Positions 24,933 to 38,581 of a stretch of DNA of 64,000 nt are shown here, one piece after another; position 1 is the first letter of the stretch, and every line of letters begins with the position of its first letter. Source of the DNA: Hypanus sabinus (lineage: Eukaryota). The notes under the pieces are model-generated. The model made no database searches. It saw only the letters and a list, made by a program, of their open reading frames with translations, and had not been told where the DNA came from. The stretch is taken from assembly GCF_030144855.1 (NCBI RefSeq), contig NC_082708.1, positions 170,562,001 to 170,626,000 on the forward strand. The letters run 5' to 3'. Made by a program: the position numbers and the translations under genes.

Positions 24933-26237
24933 ATCATTCCAATAAGTAAAAGATGCCAGCAGGCCAGGAAATTATAGGCCAATTGCCTCGACGTCTCATA
25001 TATGTAAACTTATGGAACGTATGATAAATGAGAGGTTAGTGTACTTTCTGGAAAATAAAGGTATGATGGCTACGTATCAAAGTGGGTTCAGGAAAGGTAG
25101 GAATACTATGGACCCAGTGGGTTGTCTAGAGGATGAAATAAGAAAAGCACAAGTAAATAAAGAGACAGTGGTTGCAGTTTTTTTTTTGATGTTGAGGAAG
25201 CTTATGATATGTTATGGAAGGAGAGGCTCCTAATCAAGCTGCATTTAATGGGAATCGGGGGGGGGGGCAATGTTCAATCGGGTTAAAAACTTTTTAAACG
25301 GGAGAACTATTCAGGAGAAGATAAGATCAGAGCTATCAAGCCAGTATGTTGTAGAAAACGGGATTCCTCAGGAGAGTGTAGTGAGTCCAACTTTATTCTC
25401 CATTTTGATAAATGATGTATTTATAAATATACCAACAGAAGTGGGGAGGTCATTGTTTGCTGATGACGGGGCTTTGTGGAAAAGAGGAAGAAATATTGAA
25501 CATATAGTTATGAAAATGCAAGATGGAATTAATCAAGTTGAAGAGTGGGGGACAAAGTGGGGTGTTAAATTTTCAGTGGAGAAGACAAAAACCATGTTCT
25601 TTACAAGGAAAAAACTCAGTGGACTTAATCTGACTCTGTATGGAAGTAATCTGGAGAGAGTTGAAAGTTTTTGGTTTTTGGGAATGCGCTTTGACTTGAG
25701 ATTAACATGGAGAGAACATGTTAGATATGTAGTTGCTAAATGTAAAAATGTGATAAATGTCATGAGGTGTCTTGCTGGTTTGGAATGGGGCACTGATTTT
25801 GCAACACTGAAGTATATCTATGTAGCATTAATAAGATCAAGATTAGATTATGGAAGTATTGTATACAGGTCAGCAGCAAAATCTGTGTTAGCACAACTGG
25901 ATATCATGCAAGCTCGGGCTCTAAGGGTGTGCTTGGGAACAGTTAGAACTTCCCCAGTGTGGTGCACTCCAAGTTGAGGCAAATGAAATGCCATTGGGAC
26001 TGTGACATAAACAGCTGGAGGCCAATTACTGGATTAACTTAAGGTGGCATTGTGATAGCCATCCTACAAAAAGGGTGTTGGAGACATGCTGGGAGAAGGA
26101 AAGGACTCAAAAAGAAAGTTTTGGCTGGACAGGAGAGCAAACAGCAAAAGATATGGGTGTATATGATAAAGAGTTTTGTCCAAGCGAGGTGTGGCCTGTC
26201 AGACCTTTCTGGTTATTAGAAAATCCCTCTGCAGCAG

Positions 26238-27255
26238 GTTCCCGGTGACGTCATCATTGAGAATGGCAGCTTAAGTCACTAGCTCCTCCGGAAAAACGTG
26301 TATTAAGCCCCGTTAACCCATCAAATATAGTATTTTTTGAATAATATTTGAACTGAAAAGAGGGGTGAGAATGGGGAAAAAGAATGGAAATAAAAAAAGC
26401 CACACTGCGGAGCCTGCGGCCGAGAGGAGTGCAGTGAGTGGCTCTTGTACCCGACCACGTGTTAGCGAGGCAAATGCTGGGCCTCGTTCAGGCGAAGCAG
26501 TGAATATGATTGAAATCCTGAAAGGGATAAAGGAGTTCCAGAAAGAAATAAAGCAGCAGCTACATGATATTAAGTCAGAGCTCGCCAATGTCTCAATCAA
26601 AAAATAGCGGTGGCAGAGACTCGAATTGAGAAGGTGGAAGATCGCATTCAAAACATTGAATGAATATTGAGTAAGACGATAAAAATATTAAATCACCAAG
26701 AAGGTAAACTGCTTGACCTGGAGGGAAGATCACGGCGGAAAAATATCAGAATCTACAATGTCCCCGAAGGAGCGGAGGGCTCGTCTATGACGGAGTTTGT
26801 CAGAAAGTTGCTGCGGGATGCGCTGGTGCTTCCCTCAACTATGGAGCTGGAAATCAAGAGGATGCATTGCACATTAGTCCCGAAATCTACCCGAGATAAG
26901 CCACTTTCAATAATAATTAAATTCCTTCGGTACAGCACCAAGGCGGAGATTCTACGAAGGGCCAGGGGTAAGAAGAGAGTGTTTTTGGATGATAAAGTAA
27001 TATATTTCAACCAAGATTACCCCCCCCCCCCCGTGGTCCTGCAGAAACGTAAAGAATACTCTGAAGTAAAGTGAGTACTAAAGCAAAAAAAGATTAGATT
27101 TCAAACTCCATACCCTGCTAAACTTCTAGTGTTTTATGACGACGGGACGCGGTTGTACCAGACAGTGGAAGAGGCAACTACAGACATGAAGGACAGAGGG
27201 TTGCCCATCAGTGTGACCAAACCGAGGGAAAGCCTGGCAAAGGAATTATCCCACA
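26238..27255 (+). mobile_element. L1-clade LINE 5' end and ORF1 (3'-truncated)
   Basis: CpG-rich 5' UTR, coiled-coil, and LEGRSRRKNIRIYNVPEGAEG RRM motif. Confidence 0.85.
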
Positions 27256-30200
27256 AGCTCTTCCAGATGGTGAAATTGACAAGGTGCCAGTAGGATATTA
27301 CTTGGAAAAAGGACTATTGATGAGGAAGTGAAGATCACCTACAATTCCTACAAGTAATGAATGGAATGTTGTTCACCAGGTAGTTGTTTCTAAAGTTTAT
27401 CAAAATGAGATTTTAACTTTAGCCCATAGTGTGCCCTTCGGTGGACATTAAGGGGAAAGGAAAACTGTGGACAAGATTTTAAAACATTTTTACTGGCCTG
27501 GTTTGAGAAAAGATGTGGCGACATTTTGCAGAATGTGTCATACTTGCCAAATTGTGAGTAAACCAAATCAATTTACTCGTGGCTTCAATGCAATCTATTC
27601 CAGCATTCAGTGAACCATTTTCTAAAATTACTATAGATTGTGTAGGTCTATTACCAAAAACAAAAACTGGTTATCAGTACTTGCTGACTATCATGTGCAC
27701 AGTGTCTAGGTTTCCAGATGCAGTACCACTTAGGAATATAACAACTAAAACTGTAATAAAGGCTCTTAATAAAATTCTTTATTTTGGGTTGCCTAAGGAA
27801 ATAAAATTACTGCCTTGATCAGATTGTATGTCTGGATTGTTTCAACAGATAGTTTATAAATTGGGAGCTAAGCAAATCACTTCATCTGCATATCATCCAG
27901 AATCGCAAGGTGACTTGGAGAGGTTTCATTCTACCTTCAAGACTATGATTAGGACATATTGTGTGGAAAATGAAAATGATTGGGATGAGGGTATACACTT
28001 CTATTTGCAGTAAGGAAGTCAGTACAGGAATCATTAGATTTCAGTCTATTTAAATTTGTATTTGGGCATAGAGTTTGAGGACCTTTAGCCTTATTAAAAG
28101 TACAATAGATTAATAAAGAGGTACACACTAATTTGTTGGACTATGTTTTAAGAATTAAGGTCCAATTACAAAAAGCTGGTAGTTTACCCAGGGATCTCAC
28201 CAGGAACATAATGGATGATTCATCTGAAACTCATTCTAAACCCAACATTGTTTCTGTCAGATTACCAAACTCAACCATTCTGGAAGATATTGATGAAAAA
28301 TTAGCACATTTACAGCCAGATCAGAGGCAGCAGATGAAGCAATTAATTTTTAAATACAAGGATTTATTTTGCAGATGTTCCTAGAAGAACCACAGTAGCT
28401 TCACATGATGTAGATGTTGGAGATGCCAAACCCATTAAAAATCATATAGGATGAATGTGGAAAAATGTGAACTTGCTGAGGAAAGTTAAATATGTTAGAG
28501 AATATTATTTGACCTTCTAACTCAAGTTGGAGTTCACCTTGTGTTATGGTGCCTAGGTCAGATAGTATTAGGTTTTGTACAGACTACAGCAAGGTGAATG
28601 CTGTGACGAAAACAGATGCATATCCAATTCCTAGAGTAGATGATTGTGTAGATGAAGTTGGAAAAGCAAAGTTCCTTACAAAGTTTAATTTATTGAAAAG
28701 GTATTGGTGTGTTCCATTACCAGATAGAGGTAGAGATTTCTGTATTTGTAACTCCATCTGGGTTATATGAATATAATGTTCTTCCATTTGGAAGAAAGAA
28801 CGCCCCAGGTACTTTCCAGCAGATGATTCATTCTGTGATTCAGGGATTAAAGGACACAGATGCCGATATTGAAGATTTAGTGATAGGAAATGATACTTGG
28901 GGAGCACACATTACTGTGGTGGAGAAAATATTTGAAAGGCTTTCAAAAGCTAACTTAACTATTAACTTAGCCAAAAGTGAATTTGGACATGCCACTGTGA
29001 CTTACCTTGGCTATGTTGTGGGTCAAGGTAAGGTTGCTCATGTTCAGGCAAAAGTTCAGGCAATTTTAGAGATTCCTACTCCAACTGGGAAAAAAAAAAT
29101 CAAGATTCCTGGGAATAGTAGGATATTACCAAAATTTTTGTAAGAATTTTGCTAATGTGGCCCTTCCATTAACTAACCTCTAGAAGAATGAAAAGTTTGT
29201 GTGGATAGTGCCTTGTCAAGAAGCATTTGAAAATTTGAAAACAATGATATGTCAACAACCTGTGTTCAAGGCACCTGACTTTGAAAAACCTTTTTCATTA
29301 GGTGTAGATGCTAGCAATGAGGCTACAGGAGCAGTATTAATGCAAAGGGATCAGGGTGATGAGGTTGATCATCCAGTACCTTACCTTTCTAAGAAATTTA
29401 ATGAGCATCAAAGAAACTATTCAACTATAGAAAAGGAATTGTTAGCTCTTGTTTTGGCCTAGAACATTTTGATGTGTATGTTGGTACAACTCAAAAGCCA
29501 CTCATAGTCTACACCAGCCATAGTCAGTTAGTGTTTCTGAGTAAGATGAAAAACAAAAATAGAAGGTTATTAAATTGGAGTTTAATGTTGGAGTGCCATA
29601 TTTTGATTACTCATTAAAGGCAAAGATAATGTGATTGCTGATTGTCTATCTCGATGTTGAAAGGACAAGGTAATTTTTATGGAGTGATATTTTAACCTTT
29701 GTAACATTCCTGATGTATAGTAAATTGTAAGATGCTGTATGTGTCACGAGAAGGGGACAAAGGTGCTGGAAGAGGACCCACATGCAGGACACAAACACTT
29801 TTTTCTCAGATACAATAAAATGCGTTTATTGCTAGTTAGATGATCGGAAAATCGAGGGCAAAGGAATACGAACCTCGGACTAGGGACTAGAATTGCCACA
29901 GACCTGGGATTTAGAAACGGGGAATGGGGATCGCCGCAGTCATGGCTTGGACAGCGGGAACACAGTCAGCTGCGGACCTTGGACTCGGACAGGTAGAACA
30001 TGGACAATGGACAGGAACATCAAGTCAGGACTCCGCCTTCCACTCAGGCACCAAGCTGAGACTCTTCAAGGGGTAGACACAGAGAAGGAACATAAACATT
30101 GAGTCAGGACTCCGTCTTCAACTCACCCCTGAGAGACTGACCTCGCCCTGACCTACTCTGGTGACGGAAGGTGAATTGCTGGTTCTCCGATGTGGGCTGG

Positions 30201-31383
30201 ATCGCTCTGGCTTGTCGTAGCGGCAGCAACTTGTAAAGGCTTCTTTAATGCTCGCACGATGAACTGCTAAAGTGAAGCGCTTATAAGTTGCTGGTTCGGG
30301 TCGAGGGTAGATTACCTTGATTGCCGAGTTTGAGGGACGAGTGAAACGCAATTAGACGGGAACAAGGAGTCAATGGTCCGGATCACAATCTAACTAAATT
30401 TAAAGGGGAACCGATCCAGACCATGACAGTATGATAATACTCTGTATACTGTAAATTTTATAAATTTGTATTTCTTCTCTTGTAAATAATTAATTGTTAA
30501 AATTTTGTTTATGACAGACCAAAAATTTTTTTTGGAGAGAGGTGTTACATACCCGTGGGTATCTTGTGCCTGTCACATAACCATGATGTAATTGAGGCTA
30601 TGCTGGGCATGATGTAATGGTCTTATGATGGTGGAGTGATGTAATTTTCCCGCCAGTGAAAGGTCACGTGATAGTTTTTTTTTCAGCAGGGTATAAAAGG
30701 AAAACACCTCCCTGTGACACAGGGCAGTTTGTGGATGAATTCGCCAGTGACACAGTTTTGTTTTAAAGTGGAGTTTTACTTTCTGCCTTAAGTCTCAAAG
30801 TTTATTGCCTGCAGTTTTGCTATAATACTGCCAGTTCAGTCCAGTTGGAGAGTGAAGATTTATTGAAGTTTGGGAAGCTGGAAGAATCAAGGAAAGTTGG
30901 TGTTGCCGGTTGTAAAGCAGGTTTGACCTTATTCTTGACCTTATTTGACCACTAATTCTTCATGCAAAGAATTAGTAACTTGTGTCCAAGTTAACTCTTT
31001 CATTTCTGAAAGCAAAGAGTTAGACACAAAGTTTCGCCAAGGAGAGGTCAGTGCCTTTAAGCCGTTTTATTTCCTTCAACCGTAATCCCTCAGCGAAGCA
31101 TACTTCGGCTGGGATCAGCAGTAGCATCTTGAACGAGGAGTTAATTACTCCAAGGAAAGTCTCTCCTAACTGACTGTAAGTCATTTTGGACTTTTTTTTC
31201 AATACTAAAGAACTGATTTTGCATTTCTTGCTTTAAGAACTGTTCAAGCTGCTGTATAGCAGTCGATTTCTGATTAAGTTAGTCATTTGTTTACTTCTGG
31301 GGTTTTTAGCTGTGTTTAATAAATGTTTTATTTGTTATAAAAAAAACCTGTCTCAATTATATATTCATTGTTGCTGGATCGTA
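27256..31383 (+). mobile_element. Second Gmr1-like Gypsy element, 5'-truncated (INT, RT, RH) with a normally oriented 3' LTR
   Basis: INT (IDCVGLLPKT, SAYHPESQG), RT and RNase H homologous to the 13.3-kb element; PPT GGAGAGAGG then an LTR starting TGTTACA at 30543. Confidence 0.85.
29742..30428 (-). mobile_element. Solo LTR with 5-bp TSD
   Basis: TGTCA...TGACA flanked by GTATG on both sides; a second copy lies at 39926-40575. Confidence 0.88.
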
Positions 31384-32360
31384 GTAGGACACACACATGG
31401 CCCTGCTCCAATCAGCTGATTGTAACCAGAGGATTGCCAATCATCATCGGACTCCGTGGCCTGAGTATCAATCTGGGCGGAAAGTGTGACTCTTGTCCAA
31501 AGACAGTCCTCTCCAAAATGACCCTAAGAAACTCACCCCTTGCTTCCTGCAACTTTTCAAAATCTAAAGTATCATCAACCTCACAGCAGTCCAACTTAAG
31601 TAACCTGGGTCTATGCACATCCACCCTATTTTTCGCGTTTCCCAATTAAAACCAGTTTCCGTCAGTCCCTTGTGTCCTCCAACCAAAGCCCCTCCACCCA
31701 CCCGAATTATCGACAACCACCCAACATGCACCATTGGAGCAGGGGCCTCAATACCTGGTTGACTGGGGAAGGTAAGGCCTTCTAAAGAAACCCAGACCGG
31801 ACAGTCCTCTCGATTAATATAATGTAACCAAAATGTAAGATTGCATATATTGACTGCCCAGTAATAAAACATAAAATTGAGCTAGGCTAAACCTCCTCTC
31901 TTTTCAGCATTTTGAAGATGAACTTTATTTAATCGAAATCTTATTTTTCCATACGTAAGAAGATACAATAGAATCCAGGGAATCAAAAAAGGGTTTAGGA
32001 ATAAAAGCAGGTATGACCTGAAATAAATATAAAAAAAGGCAAACTATTAATTAGAATAGAATTAATTCAGCCAATCAATGATAGAGAGAGGGCTGACCAA
32101 TTTGATAGTGCCTTCTTAACATAATTCAGAAGTGTAAAAAAAATTCTTTAAAATGGAATTTATAATTCCTACTAATTGCTCCACCCAAATAAGTACAAAT
32201 TTAAAAGGAAAGTTAGTATTAACTAATACCAAATTATTCATAGGAAAAAAGTTCATTCTTATGTAAGTTAAGTTTATATCCTGAAAACTGACTAAAGCAG
32301 TAGAGTAAAGAAAGTAGGAAGGTACAGAAGTGTCAACTTGAAATTATTAACCTGCTTAGT

Positions 32361-32773
32361 TGAGGAAAAACACCAGAGACACAAAATTACCTCAAACGGT
32401 TTTTATTCAGAGAGGAGTTTGCAGCCCCACACACTTCGGGCGTAAGGTGGCCAACTCCCAATTTGTCGGTTTACGAAGGTCATACTTATACCCAAAAGCA
32501 GGGTACTACATTCACAAATATGGTTACCGATTCGAATTCATCAATTGATTGGCAATTGCATAGCTAAGCACACAAAATACTCGGAATAAGCATAGACGCA
32601 AGCGTAATACTCAGAATGGGTATGGACGCAAGCAAAACACTCAAAATAAGTATATAGCTCAAAATACTTTGCCAAACACTCTGTCTTGTGGTTGCAGGTT
32701 CCCTTTTCTTTGTGGTTGCCACTTGCTATCTGGAATCTTATCTTAGCTACTTCCCCAATAACGTATCCTCTCA
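32361..32773 (-). mobile_element. Probable solo LTR with internal ~30-bp tandem repeats
   Basis: TGAG...CTCA termini interrupting the L1; repeats of AATACTCGGAATAAGCATAGACGCAAGC at about 32575-32660. Confidence 0.45.
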
Positions 32774-34130
32774 CTGGTCCTGTCTACATATTTTGCTACA
32801 CTTACCCCTCGCCCACCCCTTCTACATGTACTCCTTACCATCTTCACGTTCTCAGAAGACTCCACAATACAAATGTAGAACACAAGTTCATCAGAATAAA
32901 GCAAAACTTTGTGGATGATACCCCTCCTTAAAATACCAGTGATATCACTCATTTCTTGGAAAGCAATAGCTAAAGGTTCGAAGACAAAATCAAAAAGCAA
33001 AGGACTCATAGGACAACGTTGTCTAGTTCCATGTTGAAATTTAAAAGGTTTAGAATTCTGAGAGTTAGAAAGAAATTGAAACTTAAAGATGGGTCTCATC
33101 ACAGCTGTAAGAATTATATTGCAAAACTGGGAAAAAAAACCCAGATGTCCCACTGTGAGGGAATGGTTAAGATTTCATCATATGAACATATGTTGGGAAG
33201 AATTAACAGTGAGGGAAAAGTGCAAGATACATGGGATTGATTTTGGTTGTATGTTAATTTAAACTTAAATTAGGGGGTTTTTCTGCTTCTTAGTTTTATG
33301 TTTTCTTGTCATAGGATGGCCATGTAAATATGCTGTACTGTATCTGCTCTGTTATGCTGTGCTGCTTTGTAAAATGAGAATAAAAATAAAAATTTGAATT
33401 ACAAAAAAAAAATTGGGTCCAAAGTTTAATTTTTCTAAAATTTAAATAACTAATTCCATTCAACCCACCCAAAGACTTTCTCAGCATCTAATAATATCAC
33501 ACATCCTGATATCTCATTAGAAGGAGAATAAATAACATTCAGTAAATTACAAATATTAAAGTGGGAGTATCAATTTTTGGTAAATCCAGTCTGGTTATCG
33601 GAAATAATAGTTGGCAAAATATTTTCAATCCAATGAGCCAAAAGCATAGATAAAATTTTAGTATCAACGTTAAGTAAGGAAATTGGTGTATAAGAAGAAC
33701 ATTCAGTTGGATCCATATTCTTTATAAGAATATGCAAAATAGAGGCTTCATAAAAAGATTGTGGCAACCTACCTCATTTAAAAGAATCCAGGAGGACTGA
33801 ATATAAGTGAGGTACAAGCAAACAGGAAAACACCGTATAAAACTCTCCAGAAAATCCATCAGGACCCGGGGCCTTCCCCGAGTGCAAAGAGTGAAGAACC
33901 TCAGCAATTTTCTCATAAGAAATAGGTTGATCCAGCAATTTTCTGTTATCATCAGATCAGAAAGTGTAGGAATGTTTTTGAACTAAGAAATGATTCATTA
34001 CAGTATTATCTTTAGGAGGATTAGAACTAAAAAAGCTTAGAATAGAGTTCTCTAAAAGTATAATTTATTTCTAAATGATTAGTTGTTTGAGCACCATTAG
34101 CTTTACAAATTTCTTTAATCTGGCTTTAAG

Positions 34131-35277
34131 TATAGAACATACAACAGTACAGCACATTACAGGCCCTTCAGCCCACAATGTTATACTGACCCTCAAACCC
34201 TGCCTCACATATAACCCCGCACCTTAAATTCCTCCATATACCTGTCTAGTTATCTCTTAAACTTCACTAGTGTATCTGCTTCCACCACTGACTCAAGCAG
34301 TGTATTCCATGCACCAACCACTCTCTGAGTGAAAAACCTTCCTCTAATATCCCCCTTGAACTTCCCTCCCCTTAACTTAAAGCCATGTCCTCTTGTACTG
34401 AGCAATGGTGCCCTGGGGAAGAGACGCTGGCTGTCCACTCTGTCTATTCCTCTTAATATCTTGTACACCTCAATCATGTCTCCTCTCATCCTCCTTCTCT
34501 CCAAAGAGTAAAGCCCTAGCTCCCTTAATCTCTGATCATAATCCATACTCTCTAAACCAGACAGCACCCTGGTAAATCTCCTCTGTACCCTTTCCAATGC
34601 TTCCACATCCTTCCTATAGTAAGGTGACCAGAACTGGACACAGTACTCCAAGTGTGGCCTAAACCAGAGTTTTATAGAGCTGCATCATTACATTGCATCT
34701 CTTAAACTCTATCCCTCAACTTATGAAAGCTAACACCCCATAAGCTTTCTTAACCACCCTATCTACCTGTGAGGCAACTTTCAGGGATCTGTGGACATGC
34801 ACCCCCAGATCCCTCTGCTTCTCCACACTGCTAAGTATCCTGCCATTTACTTTGTACTCTGCCTTGGAGTTTGTCTTTCCAAAATGTACCACCTCACACT
34901 TCTCCGGGTTGAACCCCATCTGCCACTTCTCAGCCCATTTCTGCATCCTATCAATGTCTCTCTGCAATCTTCGACAATCCTCAACACTATCTACAACACC
35001 ACCAATCATTGTGTCATCTGCAAACTTGCCACCCCACCCTTCTACCCCCACATCCAGGTCGTTAATAAAAATCACGAGAAGTAGAGGTCCCAGAACAGAT
35101 CCTTCTGGGACACCACTAGTCACACCCTCCAATCTGAATGTACTCCCTCCACCACAACCCTCTGTCTTCTGCAGGCAAGCCAATTCTGAATCCACCTGGC
35201 CAAACTTCCTTGGATCCCATGTCTTCTGACTTTCTGAATAAGCCAACATGTGGAATCTTGTCAAATGCCTTACTAAA
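34131..35277 (-). mobile_element. CR1 LINE 3' portion (relatively young)
   Basis: SGVPEGSVLGPLL, KFADDT and EYCVQFWSP...LERVQRRFTR motifs plus 3' UTR. Confidence 0.92.
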
Positions 35278-38079
35278 TATAAAGGTAAGTTTAAAGTATA
35301 ATATAAATATAAGTATAAAGGTCTTTAATTGCTTAGCCAATAGTTTACCCGTTTTTATCTCCATGAACATAAAACTGACTTTTATCTTTCAAAAGCTGAG
35401 TTTCAATTGGATGTTAAAAGCAGATCGTATTTAGTTTTAATTGCAACGTGTCTTTTATATAAAACAGGATCTGGAGCCAAAAGTATATTTTTGGTCTAAT
35501 TGTTTCAACAGATTGGCTAATTCAATTCTCTCCTTATTAGCTTTTTTCTTAACACTTGCGGTAAAATAAATAATTTGTCCTCTAATATAAGCCTTAAAAG
35601 TATCCCATAAAATGAGACTAGAAGTGTCTTCTAGCATATTCTCTTCAAAATTATCTGTTAACAGAGTTGGATAAAAACACCAAAATCTGTTTATTTTGGA
35701 CACACCCTGAAGAAAGATAGAAACACAGGAGCATGATTTGAAACAGCAATTTCTTTATATTCATAGGATCAAACCAATGGAATCAATTGACTATCAACAA
35801 AAAAAAAAATCAATCCTGGAATACGTATGAAGAACATGAGAAAAATGAGTACTCTTTATCTGTTGGATACAAAAAGTGCCAAATATCAACAATATCACAT
35901 TTCATTATAAAAGTTGGATAAAGAAGGCAGAGCTACTAAAAGTCAATTGTTTGAAAGATGAGTGATCCAAAACAGGATCTAAACAACAGTTGAATTCTCC
36001 TCCAAAAACCAGAGAATGCAGACTTAAATCTGGTAAAAACAAATAAAAAGTGTTCAAAAGAAACCTGGATCATCTCTATTTGGGGCATGCAAATTAGCAA
36101 TAACCATTAATTTATTATCTAATTTCCCTGAGACAATAACAAAATGCCATTGGTATCAGATACTACATGATGTTGAATGAAAATAACTGAATTGTCTAGA
36201 AGAATCGAAACTCCTCTGGCCTTAGCCTGAAAGGAGGAATTAAAAGACAAGCCCGTCCAATGGCTCTTGTAAAAAATAATTGAGACATTCAATTTCTTAA
36301 TATAATTAAATAGCTTATTATATTTCACATGATGGTTTAATCTTTTCACATTAAAACAAAGTAAATTAATAGCATGATCCATTTAAAATATTACTTAAAA
36401 GAGAGGCTAGAATAAAAACTGCTGTAATATATTTTAAATCCAAACATTGAGCTTTAAGATAAGGTAACCAAGAAACAAATGAAGCTAAGAGAACCAAACA
36501 GCTGATAGAAAAGAAGAAATCCAGCCCCAACCCCCACCCAAAGAGAGAAAGTCGACCAAAGGACAGTCGACAGTTAACTCTACCCACACTACCCTCCCCA
36601 ACCAATCTACTGTCTGAGCCCCCAAAAAATTTCAAGGCTAACTACATTCCAACAAGATACAAGAAGAAATAGAGCAAAATTAAACTTATTAAAAAAAACA
36701 CATAAAATATAGTATAAAATTTTGAAAAGAATTAAGAAAATTCAGAACATTTTAACTTGGGAAGTATTAACTCAATGAAAACTTACCAATGTTAAATCCT
36801 TAATTTTCTAAGCAAATACATAAAAGTACAAAAAATTAGATACAAAGGTATACAAAAAGTAAAAAAAAACAATTATTCATAAAAGAAAGAAATGAACAGT
36901 TAAACTGCTGATTCTAAAACAAAATGATCCATCTGGCAGAAGCAACATGGATTTATATAGAGAACTATTGAACAGTTAAACTTCTGATACTGATCCAGAA
37001 ATTTAAAAAATGCTGCACCTGTTGAGTGAAATGGAACCATTTCCGAGAGCCATTTATCAAAATGATTCTAAGATGAGTGGGGTAACGAAGAGAAGGTTTA
37101 AAACCTTTATTATACAATTCAGACATAACCTTTTAAAACTTGAAGCGTTCATTCAACACTTTGGGTGAAAAATCTTCCACAATTCTGATCTTATGGCCTT
37201 CATAATCAATCATACCTTTCCAATGAGATTCACAAATTAAAAGTTCCTTTGTTTGAAAGTCGTGAAGGCAGATTATCACTGAACGGGGTTGTTCTTCTGG
37301 AGGAGATCTTGGTACTGGCAATCTATGAGCTCCTTCTATTTTATGTGGAGAATTTAAAATATTCAGAAATAATATAGCCAAAATGTTTGCAAAACATTCC
37401 AAAGGCTGATTGCCTTCCATTATCTCTTTAAAACCCAGAATTCATAAATTATTTCTTCTGCTTCTATTTTGTAAGTCGATCGTCTTCTGTCTTAATTTTT
37501 CATTAACCTTTGACTTTTTATCACAGATCTTTTCCAGGTGAACAATCTTCGCATCCAATATTTTCAAAGTGTTCTCTTTTACCTGTTTATTGTGTTCACT
37601 TAAATTTTTTTGAATAGAATCCTATTTTACATCTATTTGTTTAAATTCAGTGCTGAGTTGCTGGAATTTCTGCTGGAACTCCTCCGAAAGTTCATTTTTA
37701 TGCTTCTAAAGTGTCTCCATGTTAGATTCCAAAGTTATAAGAGGGTCCTCTTCTTTTTTAGTACCTTTGGAACCCCACATCATAAAACAATATTGCCTTT
37801 AAAAGTAAGTTTTCAAAACAAGTTGGAAACAGTAAATTTAGCTGAGTAGTAGCAGGTATAAAAACACTGCTACTCCACTCACAGCCAGTAGAATTCTGTT
37901 AATAAATTTTCTATCATTTCTCTTCTTGGATCCTCAATTTCTTTATCCTTAAGCAATTTAACTGATAATTTTGTAGTTAAACACACTTTGAGGATTTGGG
38001 TACAATTTAGAAAATATTTTGGCTTATTGTGTTTTTCATTTTCAAGTCCCATTTTTTCCAACTATTTTTTAAAAACTTC

Positions 38080-38455
38080 TACATTAAAAATGATCCCCAG
38101 ACCTGACTTCTGATGTTCGGTTCATTGACCTATAATTTCCTGGTTGATTTTTCGAGCCTTTTGTAAACAGCTGAACAACATTGGCTGTCCTCCAATCCTC
38201 TGGTACCTCACTTGTCAACAAGGTTGATTTAAATATCTCTACAAAGGCAGTTTCTGCACTTGCATCCCGCAGGGTCCGAGGGAACACCTGGTCAGGCATT
38301 TATCCACCCTGATTTGTCTCAGGGAAGCAAACACTTTCTCTAATGTAATCTGTACAAGATCCACGAAGCTGGTGCCACGTTGACTCGTGTCTATAGACTC
38401 TGTATCCATCAGCTGAGTAAATGCGGATAAATAGAATGCACTATTGCTCTTCCCC
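38080..38455 (-). mobile_element. CR1 LINE fragment
   Basis: EVPEDWRTANV..LFTKG...PGNYR motif. Confidence 0.75.
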
Positions 38456-38581
38456 CATCTGTTTTGGTACTGTTGGAAGTTGTTCTGTATTTTATTTAAA
38501 TACATAATTTGTTACTCAGTGTTGAAGACTTTACCCTGATTTATCATATTTTACTGATAAAAAATTATATCATCAGTTTGC

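Larger units (their letters stand above)
21460..26230 (+). mobile_element. I/Nimb-clade non-LTR retrotransposon, near full length, decayed and interrupted
   Basis: ORF1 with three Cys/His knuckles (CFNCQEFGHVAKVC, CVRCGGEH, CSNCGGNH); ORF2 APE (WNARSL, CIQETW, SDHYPI) and RT (QSGFRKGR, GIPQESVVSP, LFADD, IRSRLDYG). Confidence 0.88.
31390..37880 (-). mobile_element. L1-clade LINE, near full length, decayed, with nested insertions
   Basis: ORF1 about 37790-37000 (IEGAHR..PRSVIICLH); ORF2 APE (FNVK.LN, ARGVSIL) and RT (YTPISLLNVDTKIL, GTRQRCPMSPLLF, LYSD). Confidence 0.85.
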
